In this document: positions 25,911-39,605 of the stretch, piece after piece
How the letters are laid out: each line of letters begins with the position of its first letter
Numbering within the stretch: position 1 is the stretch's first letter
From: Mobula hypostoma
Lineage: Eukaryota
Length of the DNA: 64,000 bases
Assembly (NCBI RefSeq): GCF_963921235.1
Contig: NC_086097.1
Span: forward strand, 25,112,001 to 25,176,000
Reading direction: 5' to 3'
Program-made: the position numbers and the translations under genes
Notes under the pieces: generated by a model
Told to the model about the DNA's origin: nothing
The model's database searches: none
The model's input: the letters and a program-made list of their open reading frames with translations, nothing else

Positions 25911-27427
25911 TGTCGTCGCCGTTAGGTCGCATCTGGAATTTCCAGTTGGCGGATGATTTCCCTTGATGCCACTCTGTCCCAACACTTATCGACGACATCC
26001 CTAGTCTTGTCCAGCTTGGTCCAATCCTCAATGTTACCTAGCCACACACATAAAAATTGCTGGTGAACGCAGCAGGCCAGGCAGCATCTCTAGGAAGAGG
26101 TACAGTTGACATTTTGGGCCGAGACCCTTCATCAGGGCTAACTGAAAGAAGAGGTAGTAAGAGATTTGAAAGTGGGAGGGGGAGGGGAGATCCGAAATGA
26201 TAGGAGAAGACAGTCGACTGTACCTCTTCCTATAGATGCTGCCAGGCCTGCTGTAAACACGAGTTTACATTACAGCAGCAATTTTTATGTGTGTTGCTTG
26301 AAATTCCAGCATCTGCAGATTTCCTCGTGTTTGTGTTTTCCAGCCACGTTGTTCTTTGCCTTCCTCTTCCTTTCTTTCCCTCCACCTTTCCATATAGCAA
26401 GAACGACAAGATGTTATCTCTCCGCGTAACGTGTCCACAATAAGCAACTTTTAACTTCATGATCTTCTCCAGCAGTATCCATGCTCTATTAACTTCGGAC
26501 AAAAACCTCTCATTTGAAACTTTCTCTACCCAGCTGATCTTCAACCTTCGTCGATAGCACCACATTTCAAAAGCCTTAATTCATTTCATGTCATCCTTCT
26601 TCAGGGTCCATGTTTCTGACCCATACCTCAGCACCGACCATACATAACACTCGAGGAAATGGATTCTACTTTGGATGTCTACCTTCCAATTGCATAGTAG
26701 ATCTTGTAGCTTCATGAACTGGGTCTTAGCTATACCTATTCTCCTTCTGATCTCAACTTCACATCTCCCGTCATCTGTCAGACAATTGCCAAGAAAATCA
26801 AACTTTCGCACCTGTTCAATGTCTTGTCCATTCACTTGTAATGATACCATCATGAATGAGTCTTTAGTGTTTGTTTTGCTTACCTCCATTGACTTTGTTT
26901 TCTTAGGGTTGATTTTTAGTCCGTATTCAAGGCTTTCCCATTCACTTTATTCAGCATAATTTGCAGTTCACATTCGCTGTCAGCTAACAATACGGTGTCG
27001 TTCGCATACCTGTGTTATCCACCTTCTGGCCTCCAATTGAAATACCTGTCTCCTGATGATCGCATTCCCGAAAAATCCATTCTCTGTAGAGGTTGAACAA
27101 ATCTGGCCAGCCAACACAGCCTTGCCTTACGGCTCGTTTAATACCTGCCCATGGTGACAGCTCATTTTCTACCCTGACCGCTGCTTTCTGTTTCCAATAT
27201 AAGTTCCTTATTATTTGCACATTCTCCCATCCCAGATTGTACTTGTTCAGCACCTCTATTACTTTCTCGTGTCTTACTTTATCAAAAGCCTTTTCATAGT
27301 CAATAAAGCATAAGTAGATGGTCTTTTGTGCCTCAATGCATCTCTCCATGTTGTTTCTCAACGCAAATATCCCTTCCCTTGTTCCTGAGCCCTTACGAAA
27401 ACCAAACGGTGTTTCTTCAATTTCATC
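25911..27427 (-). mobile_element. 5'-truncated RTE-clade LINE (RT region)
   Basis: FGFRKGSGTREGIF..YLCFIDYEKAFDKV..VRQGC; EIRRRIGIAK..LRYGSETWTL; TSD GCTGGAAATCTTT (25898-25910) / GCTGAAAATCTTT (27428-27440). Confidence 0.92.
26046..26333. mobile_element. Penelope-terminus fold-back element nested in the RTE
   Basis: Inverted PLE termini; degenerate TSD TGTTACCTAGCCAC / TGTTTTCCAGCCAC. Confidence 0.8.
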
Positions 27428-28729
27428 GCTGAAAATCTTTAGCAACACATATAAAGTGTTGGAGGAATCCAGCAAGTCATGCAGCATCTATGAGGAGGAA
27501 TGAAGTCATCATTTTGGCCGAGACCCTTCATCAGGACTGGAAAAGAAAGAATTTTTCCAGAAATTTGTGTGTGTTCATCAAATCCAAGTTTGCAGGGCTG
27601 ATAGGCTGAGATTCTATTAGTATGTTGTGGTCAGTATGGGACTTAAAGTGTTAAAGACCATCGGCAGTTGTGCCTCTGCAGGCCATCCGTTTTGGAAATC
27701 CCTCTCACCACTTTCCTCAAAATCGCCTTTGACCAAGCATTTGGTCAGTCTCCTGTAATCTCTCCCTCTGCACCAATGTAATGATGCCACAACATACTGC
27801 CTTGGGATAATTAGAGGGTATTAAACACATGATAGCAAGGACTGTCAATACACAGACAGAGGTGTAATTACTGATTATGTTCTCAAGTCACTGGAGCTGT
27901 CAGCCAAAGATCAATAGACAGGACTTCTACCAGGGATAGAACATCTCCCAGACCAGAGAAGGGAGTTCAAACATCTAGTCCGACTAGTTCAGTCACATCT
28001 TTTAGACAAATTGTTAAGTGCAGGCCATCTACTCCCATGAAGGTGACCCTGTGATAGGACATTAAGAAAGATAGAAAGACAGATACTTGATTGATCCCAA
28101 AGGAAATTACAGTGTCTCAGCACAAGTGCACAGATATACAAATATACAAGAAAGAATAAAAAACAAGTTACCTTAAACAGTCTATCAGGAGGGGGTCATC
28201 ACTTCCCTGGCACCTAAATCATCCTTGGCATTCCCTTATACTACCTATTCCTCAACCAACATTACAAAAGCAACATTAGTAACCCTAATGCATGTGTTGT
28301 ACTGTTCTATGTTCTATGTTTCATCACAATTCCTGAACAGCCTGGATCTTCAAGACCTACAAGACTTTGTAAAATCTAAGTCAGTTATAATGGTCATGAA
28401 AATGTCTAGAACCTTCTCAAGACAGAACTGGCCCCAAATGTCACCCATACTTTTCTCACATTTACATAAAATCAGTACAACCTATCAGTCGTGTGACCTT
28501 TTAGCAGCACGTACCACACAGAACTGATATAGTTTCTAACATTTAATTGTGGACTAAAACATATATATCTTATTACAAGTGGCATTGCAGTAGATTATAG
28601 ATTTGCCTCAAGGCTCCATTTAATCTTCAATAAATCGCAATGCAATAAACGCAACCTATAGACTCACTTTCAAAGACTCTACATCTCATGTTCTCACTAC
28701 TATTAATTTAGTTTTTATTGTATTTCACA

Positions 28730-29240
28730 GAAGTTTGGCATGAGTCCCCAAATCCTAAGGTCTTACTACAGGGGCACAATTGAGATCATCCTGACTAGCT
28801 GCCTGGTATGGGAATGGTACTTCACTCAATCGCAAGACTCTGCAGAGAGTGATGCGGACAGCCCAGCGCACCTGTAGATGTGATCTTCCCACTATTCAGG
28901 ATTTACGGAGACAGGCGAGTAAAAAGGGCCTTAAGGATCATTGGGGACCTAAGTCACCCCAATCACAAACTGTTCCAGCTGCTACCATCTGGGAAACGGT
29001 ACCACAGCATTAAAGCCAGGACCAACTAGCTCCGGGACAGCTTCTTCCACCAAGCTCTCAGACTAATTAAGTCACGCTGATACAATTGCATTTCTATGCT
29101 ATATTGACTGTCCTAATGCACATAATATTCATTACAAATTACTATAAATTGCACATTGCACATTTAGACGGAGATAGAATGTAAAGATTTTTACTCATGT
29201 TCGTGAAAGGTGTAAGAAATAAAGTCAATTCAATTCAATT
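28730..29240 (+). mobile_element. Rex1/Babar-like LINE 3' end
   Basis: LQRVMRTAQR; DLSHPNHKLFQLLPSGKRY motif; AATAAAGTCAATTCAATTCAATT tail. Confidence 0.8.
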
Positions 29241-30639
29241 GTCTTCTCACGCACATTGGTTGTGAGTCTTTGTGTGTAGTTTTTCATTGATTCTTTTGCA
29301 TTTCTTTGTTCTACTGTGAATCCTACTTAATCGGTATGACGGAAACGTGCTATTTGTGCTATTTGCTATGTACGGTGCGCTGCGTGCAGTTGGTAATGTG
29401 TGTTGCACCTTGGCCCTGAAGGAATGCGGTTTCATTTGACTGTATTCATGTATGCCTCAACGATAATTCAACTTGAACTTGAATACCCACAAGAAAAGGA
29501 ACCTTAGAGTGGTATATGGTAACTGATACATACCATATGCACTTTGATAATAAATTTACCTTATACTTCCTACTTTCTTTGACCTATTTCAAAAAATTTC
29601 TTCTTGGCATTTTTTTCCACCCAACTCTTGCCTTGATCTTTATCTTATTTCATTACTTCTTCAGTTTAATGAAAATGAAGATCTATGAGATTAGTATCAG
29701 CATAGACACTTCCATCCTCCTCACTACTACAGACCAGCAGTTATGGCAGTGTTTCTGACTGAGAATACCTTCTAAAAGTGTAACATGCAGTACATTGTTT
29801 TCAAGGAACTATATCACATATTGGATACACAAATCAGTTACCAAATCCAAGTGTTTCCAAAGTTGCATTCACTGAGACCCAAGAGATTCTGCACATGCAA
29901 GAAATCTGGATCAACACACACACACAAAATGCTGGAGGAACTCAGCAGGTCAGGCAGCATCTATGGAGGGAAAAGAGCAGTTGAAGTTTCTGGCCGAGGC
30001 CTGATGAGTCTATGCATTCTTCTATAATATGGTAACCAGAGGTGCACACAGTACTCTGTGCTTTCTGACTAAAGTTAGTTCACAGGACCATAAGACATAA
30101 GAGCAGACTTTGACCATTCAGTGCATTAAGTCTGCTCTGCCATTCAATTATTGCTGATTATCCTTCTCAACCCTATACTTCTGTCTTCTCCCTGTAATCT
30201 TCAACACCCTTACCAATCAAGACCCTATCAACCTCTGCTTTAAATATACTTTGGCCTCCACAGCCATCTGTGGCAATAAATTCCACAGATTTTCCACTCT
30301 CTGGCTAAAGAAATCCCTCCTCATCTCTGTCCAAAAGGAAAATCCTTATATTCTGAGACTGTGCTCTCTGGTCCTAGACCGTCCCACTATTGGAAACATC
30401 CTTTCTATGTCCACTCTATCTAGTCCTTTCAATGAGAGTTTTACACAATGAGAGCATAACTTCTTACTGTTATACGTCAACACCCCTACCAATGAAGGCA
30501 AGCATGACATATCTCTTCTTTACCACACTTTCCACTTGTGTCGCCACTTTCAGTGAACTATGCAACTGGACCCCAAGATCCCTTTATACCTCAATGCTAT
30601 TAAGAAATCTACCATTAACTGTATACTTTCTCATTTCTC

Positions 30640-31030
30640 CGAAGATCGTCACCTGGTCACGTTGGAGAGGCTTGTGAGCTCCTGAGATCCCAAGAGCAAT
30701 GTTGTCTGAAGCTTTGCACCTGGTAGGGTCATCCACAATAGTAAGGTCAAAGACAAAGAGCGATCTAAACAAGATATCAATGGCGGAGCTTTTGAAAGAT
30801 GATGACACATCACAGTGGCAGTGAAGGTGGAGGAAGGCTGCCAAGGTGAAGGGTCCCCAGTCATTTTGCACTTCATGCCTCTGGACTCTGATCCCAATCT
30901 GTCAAGGACCATGTGGCGGCTGTCTATGCATCACCCTCCCCATGTTGAACAAAGTCATACACAGGCGTTCTTCATTAAGGGAACAACCTCTCAGGAGAAT
31001 ACCAGACTCAACTTGAGTGATTGCTCTTGT
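30640..31030 (+). mobile_element. Insertion resembling an RTE (Rex3/Expander-like) 5' leader
   Basis: CGTCACC..GGAGAGGCTTG..GATCCCAAGAGC.ATGTTGTC..CCTGGTAGGGTC pattern; interrupts a minus-strand CR1 fragment. Confidence 0.45.
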
Positions 31031-32494
31031 ACAAGTTTGCCCTTTCATTTAACCTCGCAAAGTGCCACACTTCACACTTAGCCAGATTAAACTCCCTCCC
31101 CCCTATAGATGCTGCCTGACTTGCTGAGTTCCTGCAGCATTTTGTGAGTGTTACTTAAGATTTCCAGCTTCTGAAGAATCTCTTGCATTTATATATCCTG
31201 CTGTATCTTGTGATAGGCCTTTACTCAGTCCATAACTCCACCAATCTTGGTGAAAAACACAAAGTTCCTAATATACTCATCTATATTTTCATTATAAACA
31301 AAAGAGGTCCACTGCATTGTAAAAAATAAAACACTGACACAGACCTCCAGCCGGAATAACAGCTTTCCCGCTCTACCCTCAGTCATTTATGAGCAACCCA
31401 TGAGAAATCTCAAACTTGCAATCAGTGCTTCTCTCATGACTTTGAGAGTCTTATGCACAGAAGGTCAGCATTCATTCTTACATACACAAGTCTGTGCTAG
31501 TACCACACATAGAAAAATCATTCTCCTTTGACTATATTATTATGCTTCATGGCAACCAAGAATCCCTAGGGATTTGTCTTTTAGATGGAACACTATCCAA
31601 GGAGCATACATAGGGCATAAAACAGGCCTAGTCCTATCAATGCACACTTGGACCATAGCCTCCATACCAATCTCATCCATGTACATATCCAGTCCTCTCT
31701 TAAATGTTGCAATCAAACCCACATCCACCACCTCTACTGGCAACTCATTCCACACTCTCATCACCTTCAGTGAAGAATATTTCATCTTTCATGCTTAACC
31801 CATGATGTCCAGTTCTAGCCTCACCCAATCTCAATGGGAAAATCCTGCTTGCAGTTACACTATCAATACCCACTCTTTAATTTGTTTTCCTCCATCAAAC
31901 CTCAACTCACTCTCCTACGTTGTGGGAATAATGTCCTAACCTGTTCAACCTTTCACTATAATTCAGGTCCTAAATTCTTGGCAATATCCTTGTACATTTT
32001 CTCTGTACTCTTTCAATCTTATTGATATCTTTCTTATAGGAGGGTGAGCAGAACTGCACACAGTACTGAGAATCAGATTCAGAATCAGGTTTAATATCAC
32101 TAACATATGTCATGAAATGTATTGCTTTTTTGGCAGCAGTACTCTAAAATTACAATAAAAATATATAATTAAATTAAATATGTAGTGCAATAAGAGATCA
32201 AAAATATTGAGATACTATCCATGGTTGGTTCATTGTCTGTCCAGAAATCTGATGGTGGAGAGGAAGAAGCTCTTTCTAAAATGGTGCGTGTGTGTATTCA
32301 GGGTTCTGTGGCTCCTCTCTGATGGTAGCGGTAAGAACAGGTCATGCCTGGGCGATAGAGGTCCTTAATGATGGATGCTATCTTTTTGAGGCATCACCTT
32401 TTGAGGATACCTTCGATGGTAGGAAGGTGATGGAGTGGGCTGAGTCTGAAACACTCTACAGTCTTTTCCAATTCTATGTAGTGGCCCTTCCAAA

Positions 32495-33215
32495 TATCTG
32501 AGATGCAAAGGGATTTGGGAGCCCTTGTGCAGAACTTGCAGGTGGAGCCGGTGCTGTGGAAGGCAAATACAATGTTAGCATTCATTTCTAGAGGTCTAGA
32601 ATACTAAAGCAGGTCTGTGATGCTAACCTTTATAAGGTACTGGTGAGGACTCACCTTGAGTATTGTGAACAGTTTTGGGCTCTTCATCTAAGAAAAGGTG
32701 TGCTGGCATTGGAGAGGGTTCAGAGGAGATTCACAGGGATGTTTCTGGGAATGAAAGGATTATCATATGAGGAACATTTGATAATTCTGGGTCTATAATT
32801 GCTGGAACTTAGAAGGATGAGGGGGTATCTCACTGAAACCTTTTGAATGTTGGAAGGCCTAGACAGAATAAACGTGGAAAGGATGTTTCCCAAGGTGGGG
32901 GAGTCTAGGACTAAAGGACACAGCCTCTGGATAGAGGAGCATCTATTTAAAACAGAGATGTGGGGAAATTTCTTTAGCCAGAGGGTGGTGAATTTGTGGA
33001 ATTTATTACCATAGGCAGCTGTGGAGACCAGGTCGTTGGGTATATTTAAGGCAGAGCTTGATAGGCTCTTGATTGGACATAGCATCAAAGGTTACGGGGA
33101 GAAGGCCAGGAACTGGGGCTGAAGAAGGGAAAAAAGGATGAACCATGATTGAATGCTGGAGCAGATTCGACAGACCAAATGGCCTAAGTATGCTCCTATA
33201 TCTTATGGTCTTATA
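32495..33215 (+). mobile_element. CR1-like 3' fragment
   Basis: RT C-terminal motifs through the 3' UTR, ending TCTTATGGTCTTA. Confidence 0.85.
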
Positions 33216-34574
33216 CAACTTCAATATAACATTCAAACTCCTGTACTCAGAACATTGATTTATGAAGGCCAGTGTGCCGGATGCTCTCTTTGCAATTTGA
33301 GGGACATAGATAGAATGAATACACACAATTCTAGGGTTGGGAAATCATGAACTAGAAGGAATTGGTTTATGATGAAAGGAACTGGAAGGGTAGCCTTTTC
33401 ATCCAAGATACCTTGGGGACTGCTAGTATAGACAGCAAATAGTGAAAAGAGTAGAATTTATTGTCACAGATGGCTGTGGAGGCCAAGTCATTGCAGATAT
33501 TTAAAGCAGTTGAGAGGGCATTAACGGTTATGTACAGAAGACAGGAGAATAGGCCTGAGAGGGATAATAAATCTGCCATGAAGGAATAGTGGAAGAGACT
33601 CAATGGGCTGAATAGCCTTTGGCTCCTACATCTTATGGTCTTATAGTCTTATACCCAGAGTCCTCTGTTGTATAAATTGTTTTAGATTTAGCCCCTACCA
33701 TTGCTCTGTGACTCTGGTTATTGAGATTGACTTTTGATTACCAGATTTCGGAAAATAATTCATTACCTATATTCCCTTCCACCAGCTTTAACAACTCCCA
33801 GTGTTCATTCAGCTCTCAAACTAAAGCCAACACAATCTCATTATGACCTTGAACCATATCGTTCACTGCACAGGGCTTTAGTCTGCATTGTTATTTTTTA
33901 CATTGTTCTACTTCAATACACTGTATATCTGATCTGTATAACAAGTATACAAGACAAAGTTTTCACTGTAACTTGGTACATCTGACAATAATAAACCAAT
34001 TCCAATTAGCAATGAAAAGATGGCCCAGCAGCCACGGCTTTTTCCATAGGGTGTATTTTTACGAGATTAGAGATTAGCTTTATTTCTTGCATGTACATCA
34101 AAACATTGACGCATACAGTGAAATGTGTCATTTGCGTTAATGACCAACACTGTCTGGATATGTGCTGGGGCAGCCCGAAAGTGTCACTACGCTTCCAGCG
34201 CCAACATAGCATGCCCACAACTTATTAAAAGTAAGTGTTTGGAATGTGGAAGAAATCCGGAAAACCTGGGGGAAAACCTCGCGGTCATGGGGAGAACGTA
34301 CAAACTCCTTACAGAGACAGCAGTGGGAATGGAACCTCAATCTTACAGCTGGCGCTGTAAAGTGTAGGGATGCTGCACTACTGTACTGCTGTTCTATGCT
34401 ACCCTGCTGTCCACGTTATACAGCTGGGAAGGATTTATTCTCTGTTAAGGTTGCCTTAACCATGGATATTCCAAATTTGTTGCAGTATTAAATTTCAAAT
34501 GTTTCTAAGTTCTATCAATGATATAGAATTTGTTTGAGAGATTGTGCAGGTCTGAGTTGACATCATCATCATTA

Positions 34575-35155
34575 TCGACCTAGTGGTGTGGGTCGTGAGG
34601 CTCCTGTATGATGGCAGCAGTGAGAAGAGAGCGCGGCCTGGAAGGCGAGAATCCTTGATGATGCTACTTTCCTGCGACAGCACTCCATGCGACTATGCTC
34701 AATGGCGGGGAGAGATTTACTCATGATGGACTGGGGTTATATCCACTACATTTTGTAGGAACTTCCACTCAAAAGTATAGTGTTTCTATACCACGCTGTG
34801 ACACAACCAGTCAATATACTCTCCAACACACATTTCTAAAAGTTTGCCAAAGTTTTAGATGTCATTGCAAATCTTCGCAAAGTTATAAGGAAGTAGAGGT
34901 GCTGCTGTGCTTTCTTTGTAATGGCACAGACGTGCTGGGCCCAGGACGATCCTATGAAATGATAACATTGAGGAATTTAAAGTCGCTGACCCTCTCCACC
35001 TCTAATCTTCTGGTGAAGACTGGCCAATGGACCTCCAGGTTACTCCTCCTGAAGTCAATAATCAGCTCCTTGAGCTTGCTGACATTAAGTGAAAGTTTGT
35101 TGTGGCACCACACAGCTAGATTTTCGATCTCTCTCCTAGATGCTGATTCGTGACC
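34575..35155 (-). mobile_element. Rex1/Babar-like RT fragment
   Basis: EIENLAVWCHNKLSLNVSK.KELIIDFRR...FKFL motif. Confidence 0.8.
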
Positions 35156-35221
35156 ACTTTTGTCTGGCCAAGACTTTAAGTTTGAGATCAATGAAAAATG
35201 CAAAATATATATTATTTTGTC

Positions 35222-37805
35222 TATAAGACCATAAGACGAGGAGCAGAATTTGGACACTCATCCCATCAAGTCTACTCTGTCATTCCCTCATAGCTGATTT
35301 ATTATCCCTCTCAACCCCATTTCCCTGCCTTCTTTCTGTAACCTGACACCCTGACTAATCAAGAATCTACCAACCTTCATTTAAATAGTCTCAATTTCTT
35401 GGCCTCCACAGCCATTTGTGGCAATGAATTTCATAGATTCTTCACTTCTGGCTAAAGAAAATCCTGCTAATCTCTGTTCTAAATGGACATCACTCCACTC
35501 GAAGCTGTGCTCCCTGGTCCTGGACTCACCCAGTATAGAACACATCCTCTCCATATCCACTCAATCTTGGCTTTTCAATATTTGATAGGGTTCAATGAGA
35601 TCCCTTCCCACCCCCATTCGTCTGAACTCCAGTGAGTACAGGCCCAGAGCCATCAACCACTCTCATACATTAACACTTTAATTGCCAGAATCATTCTCAT
35701 GAACCTCCTCTGGACCCTCTCCTAAGCCAGCAGATCGTTTTTCAGATAAGGGGACCAAAACTACTCATGATACTCCATGTCCGGACTGACCAATGCCTTA
35801 TAAAGCCTCAGCATTACATCCTTGTTCTTATATTCTAGTCCTCTCAAAATGAATGAAAATATTGCATTTGCCTTCCTTACCACTGACTCAACCTGCAAGT
35901 TATCCTTTGGGGAATTCTGCACGAGGGGAAACATTCTTTCCACGTCTACTCCATCTAAGCCTTCCAACATTCAAAAGGTTTCAATGAGATCCCCCCTCAT
36001 CCTTCTAACTTCCAGCAAGTACAGATCCAGGGCTATCAGATGTTTGTCATATGATAAATCCTTAAGGAAACCATGCTGACTTTGCCGTATCTTGCCCTGT
36101 ATCACCAAGTACTCCATAACCTCATCTTTAACAATTGACTCCAACATCTTCCAACCACTGAAGTCAGGCTAACTGATCTATAATTTCCTTTCTGCTGTCT
36201 TCCTCTTTTCTTAAAAAGTGGTGTGACATTTACAATTTTCCAGTTCTCTGGCACCATGCCAAAGACCAATGATTTTTTTTTTGAAAGATTATTATTATCT
36301 TTACCGCTACCTCCTTCAGAACCCTAGGGTGCAGTTGATCTGGTCCACATGACTAATGTACCCTTAGGTCTTTCAGCTTTTTGAGCACCTTTTGCCTTGT
36401 AATAGTAACTGCACTGACTTCTCTTCCCTCGTATCTTTCAACATCTGGCACACTGCTAGAGTCTTCCACAGTGAAGACTGAAGCAAAATATTAATTCAGT
36501 TCATCTGCTGTCTCCTTGTCCTCAGTTATTATTTCTCTGACCTCAATTTCTAGCGGTCCTATATCCACGCTCATTTTTCTTTTATTTTTTACAAACTTGA
36601 AAAAGCTTTTACTACCCGTTTTGATATTGTTTGCTAGCTTGCTTTCATATTTCATCTTTTCCCTTCTAATGATTTTTTTTAGTTGCTCCTTGTAGGTTTT
36701 TAAAAGCTTCCCAATCCTCATTTTTTCACTAATATTTGCTTTGTTGCATGCCCTCTCTTTTGTTTTTACATTGTCTTTGACTTCCCTTGTTAGCCACAGT
36801 TACACTATTTTGAATTTTGAGTACTTCTTTGGTTTTGGAATACATCTATCCTGCACCTTCCTCATTTTACCCAGAAACTCCTGTGATTGCTGCTCTGCTG
36901 TTATCCCTGCCAGCAGCTCCTTCCAATTTACTTTGGCTAACTCCTCTCCGATACCACTGTAATTTCCCTTACTCCATTGAAATACTGCTATGTCAGACTT
37001 TACGTTCTCCCCTTCAAATTTCAAGTTGAACTCAATCACATTGTGATCACTACCTCCTAATTGTTCTTTTACCTTAAATTCTCTAATCACCTCCAATTCA
37101 TTACATAACACTCAATCCAGTATAGCTAATCCTTTATAGCCCTAGAGGCTCAACGACAAACTGCTCTAAAAAGCCATTTCATAGGCATTCAACAAACTCA
37201 CACTCTTGCGATCCATTACCAACCTGATTTTCCAATCAGCGTGCATGTTGAAATCTCCCATGACTATCATAACACTGCCCTTTTGATACGCCTTTTCTAC
37301 TTCCTGTTGTAAACAGTGGTCCACATCCCAGCTATTGATAACTGCCGTCAGGGTTCTTTAAATCTTGCAGTTTGTTAAATCAACCCACAAGGATGCAACG
37401 TCTTCCTATCCTATGTCACATCTTTCTACTAATTTAACACATTCTTTACCAGCAGAGCTATTCCATCCCCTCTACCTAACTTCCTATCCCTCCGATATAA
37501 TGTTTAACCTTGGACATTCAGTTCCCAACTACATCTAACTTTATCTTCTCCCTTTTAAACTGCATGGTGAATTGTATCATATTATGATCACTGTCTCCTA
37601 ATGGTTCTTTTACCTCAGGCTCCCTAATCTAATCTGGTTCATTACACAACACCCAATCCAGAATTGCCTTTCCGGTAGTGGGCTCAACCACAAGCTATTC
37701 TAAAAATCTCTCTTGTGGGCATTCTACAAGTTCCCTCCCTTGGGATCTAGTACCAACCTGACTTTCCCAATCTACTTGCATATTGAAATTCCCTGTGACT
37801 ATCGT
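35222..37805 (-). mobile_element. Mosaic of CR1-like ORF2 fragments
   Basis: GSDHNVIEF, SKSFFKFVKNKRK, KANAIFSFILRGLEYKNKDVMLRLYKALV motifs and 3' UTR. Confidence 0.85.
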
Positions 37806-38206
37806 TGTCACAACCATGGATTTGGCAGTGCTTGTGAATTTGCAAGTGTCAGCTAATTATTATTTAATCATGATAGTATTTAACTCCATACTTGTCGTCA
37901 TTGTGCTTGTTGAGACTTGGACAGAGCACAGCAACACCTCGCAGCCTGTTTGCTTTCGGCCTTCCCTGAGAAATTGGACTTCAGAGTTACTGACTCTGAA
38001 GACCAGCGGTATTCGTTTAATATTTAGATTTTCTTTGCAGCCGCAGTGTAGGCTTCATTTCCCATTCTAGAGTTTTAGTTTATCAGCCCTATTTGGCCTA
38101 GCACATATTGTTTATTTTCCCTTTAACACTGTTCGCATTAAAGTTTGTGAACTATCAACCTGCTTCATTGTCTCTCACTCTGCACTTGGGCTATATCTGA
38201 ACCTGG
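37806..38206 (+). mobile_element. Gypsy LTR, same family as 44334-44755
   Basis: Starts TGTCACAACCATGG; colinear with the solo LTR at 44334-44755; ATTAAA signal. Confidence 0.85.
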
Positions 38207-39230
38207 TTGTCAAGGAGGCCCTGGAGGAATGGCGACACTGGCTGGAGGAGGCAGAGCATCCATTCTTGGTCTGGACAGATCACAAGAAACTCTCCTATAT
38301 TCAGGATGCTAAGAGACTCAACTCTCGTCAAGCCAGGTAGGCTCTTTTCTTCACATGGTTCAATTTCGTCCTCACTTATCGTCCCAGCAGCAAGAATACA
38401 AAGGCCGACACTCTCTCCCAGCAGTTCGATAGATCTAAGGACAATGCCAATCCAGAGCCCATTCTTCCTCGCTCGTGTATCGCTGCTCCGGTGATCTGGG
38501 GAATAGAGGCAGAGGTGAGGGCTGCCCAAAAATCAGATCCAGGCCCAGATGGGTGACCTCCCAACCGGCTGTTCGTCCTTGCTGTGGTGTATTCCAAAGT
38601 GTTGGAATGGGGCCACTCCTCCCGTCTGGTTGGACATCCGGGAATTCAACAGACTCAGGAGTTTATAAAGAGACAATTTTGGGGGCCATCTATGTCCCAG
38701 GACGTCCACAACTTTGTATCTGCCTGTCCCACCCGCGCTCGGAACAAGATATCACGCTGGCGTCCTGCGGGTCTGTTATGTCCACTGCCTGTGCCCCACC
38801 AGCCCTGGTCCCACCTCTCAGTAGATTTTATCACTGGTCTGTTCCCATCTAATGGAAACACCACCATTTTGGTCATTGTGGATCGATTTTCCAAGGCTGC
38901 CCACGTCATTGCCCTCCCCAAGCTCCCATCAGCTCGTGAGACTGCCACACTCATGGTTCAACATGTGGTCAGGCTCCATGGGTTTCCTCAAGACATAGTG
39001 TCTGATCGTAGACCACAGTTCACTTCCCGCTTTTGGAAGGCTTTCTGCTCTGTTGTAGGAGTCACGACCAGCCTCTCAACTGGCTTCTACCCCCAATCTA
39101 ATGGCCAGACTGACAGAGTGAATGAGGAGTTGGAGACAACCCTGCGCTATCTTGCCTCTTCCAAGCCCACGTCCTGGAGTTCCCATATGGTTGGGGCAGA
39201 GATCGTCCACAATAATCTCCAGTCGTCCTC
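38207..39230 (+). pseudogene. Ty3/Gypsy (sushi-like) pol remnant: RNase H C-terminus and integrase
   Basis: [27 protein letters not shown] zinc-binding region; SVDFITGL, IVSDRRPQF, PQSNGQTDR core; in-frame stops near 38338 and 38555. Confidence 0.92.
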
Positions 39231-39605
39231 CACTGTCGCCGGCAGCCCATTCCATGCACTCACCACTCTGCGTAAAAAACCTACCCCTGACATCTCCTCT
39301 GTACCTTCTCCCAAGCACCTTAAACCTGTGCCCTCTTGTGTCAGCCATTTCAGCCCTGGGAAAAAGCCTCTGACTATCCACACGATCAATGCCTCTCATC
39401 ATCTTATACAACTCTATCAGGTCACCTCTCATCCTCCATCACTCCAAGGCTAAGTTCACTCAACCTGTCTTCATAAGGCATGCTCCTCAATCCAGGCAAT
39501 GTCCTTGTAAATCTCCTCTGCACCCTTTCTATGGTTTCCACATCCTTCCTATAGTGAGGCAACCAGAACTGAGCACAGTACTCCAAGTGGGGTCTGACCA
39601 GGTAT
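39231..39605 (-). mobile_element. CR1-like 3' fragment truncating the Gypsy integrase
   Basis: MRGDLIELYKMMRGIDRVD..TRGHRFKV motif. Confidence 0.85.
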
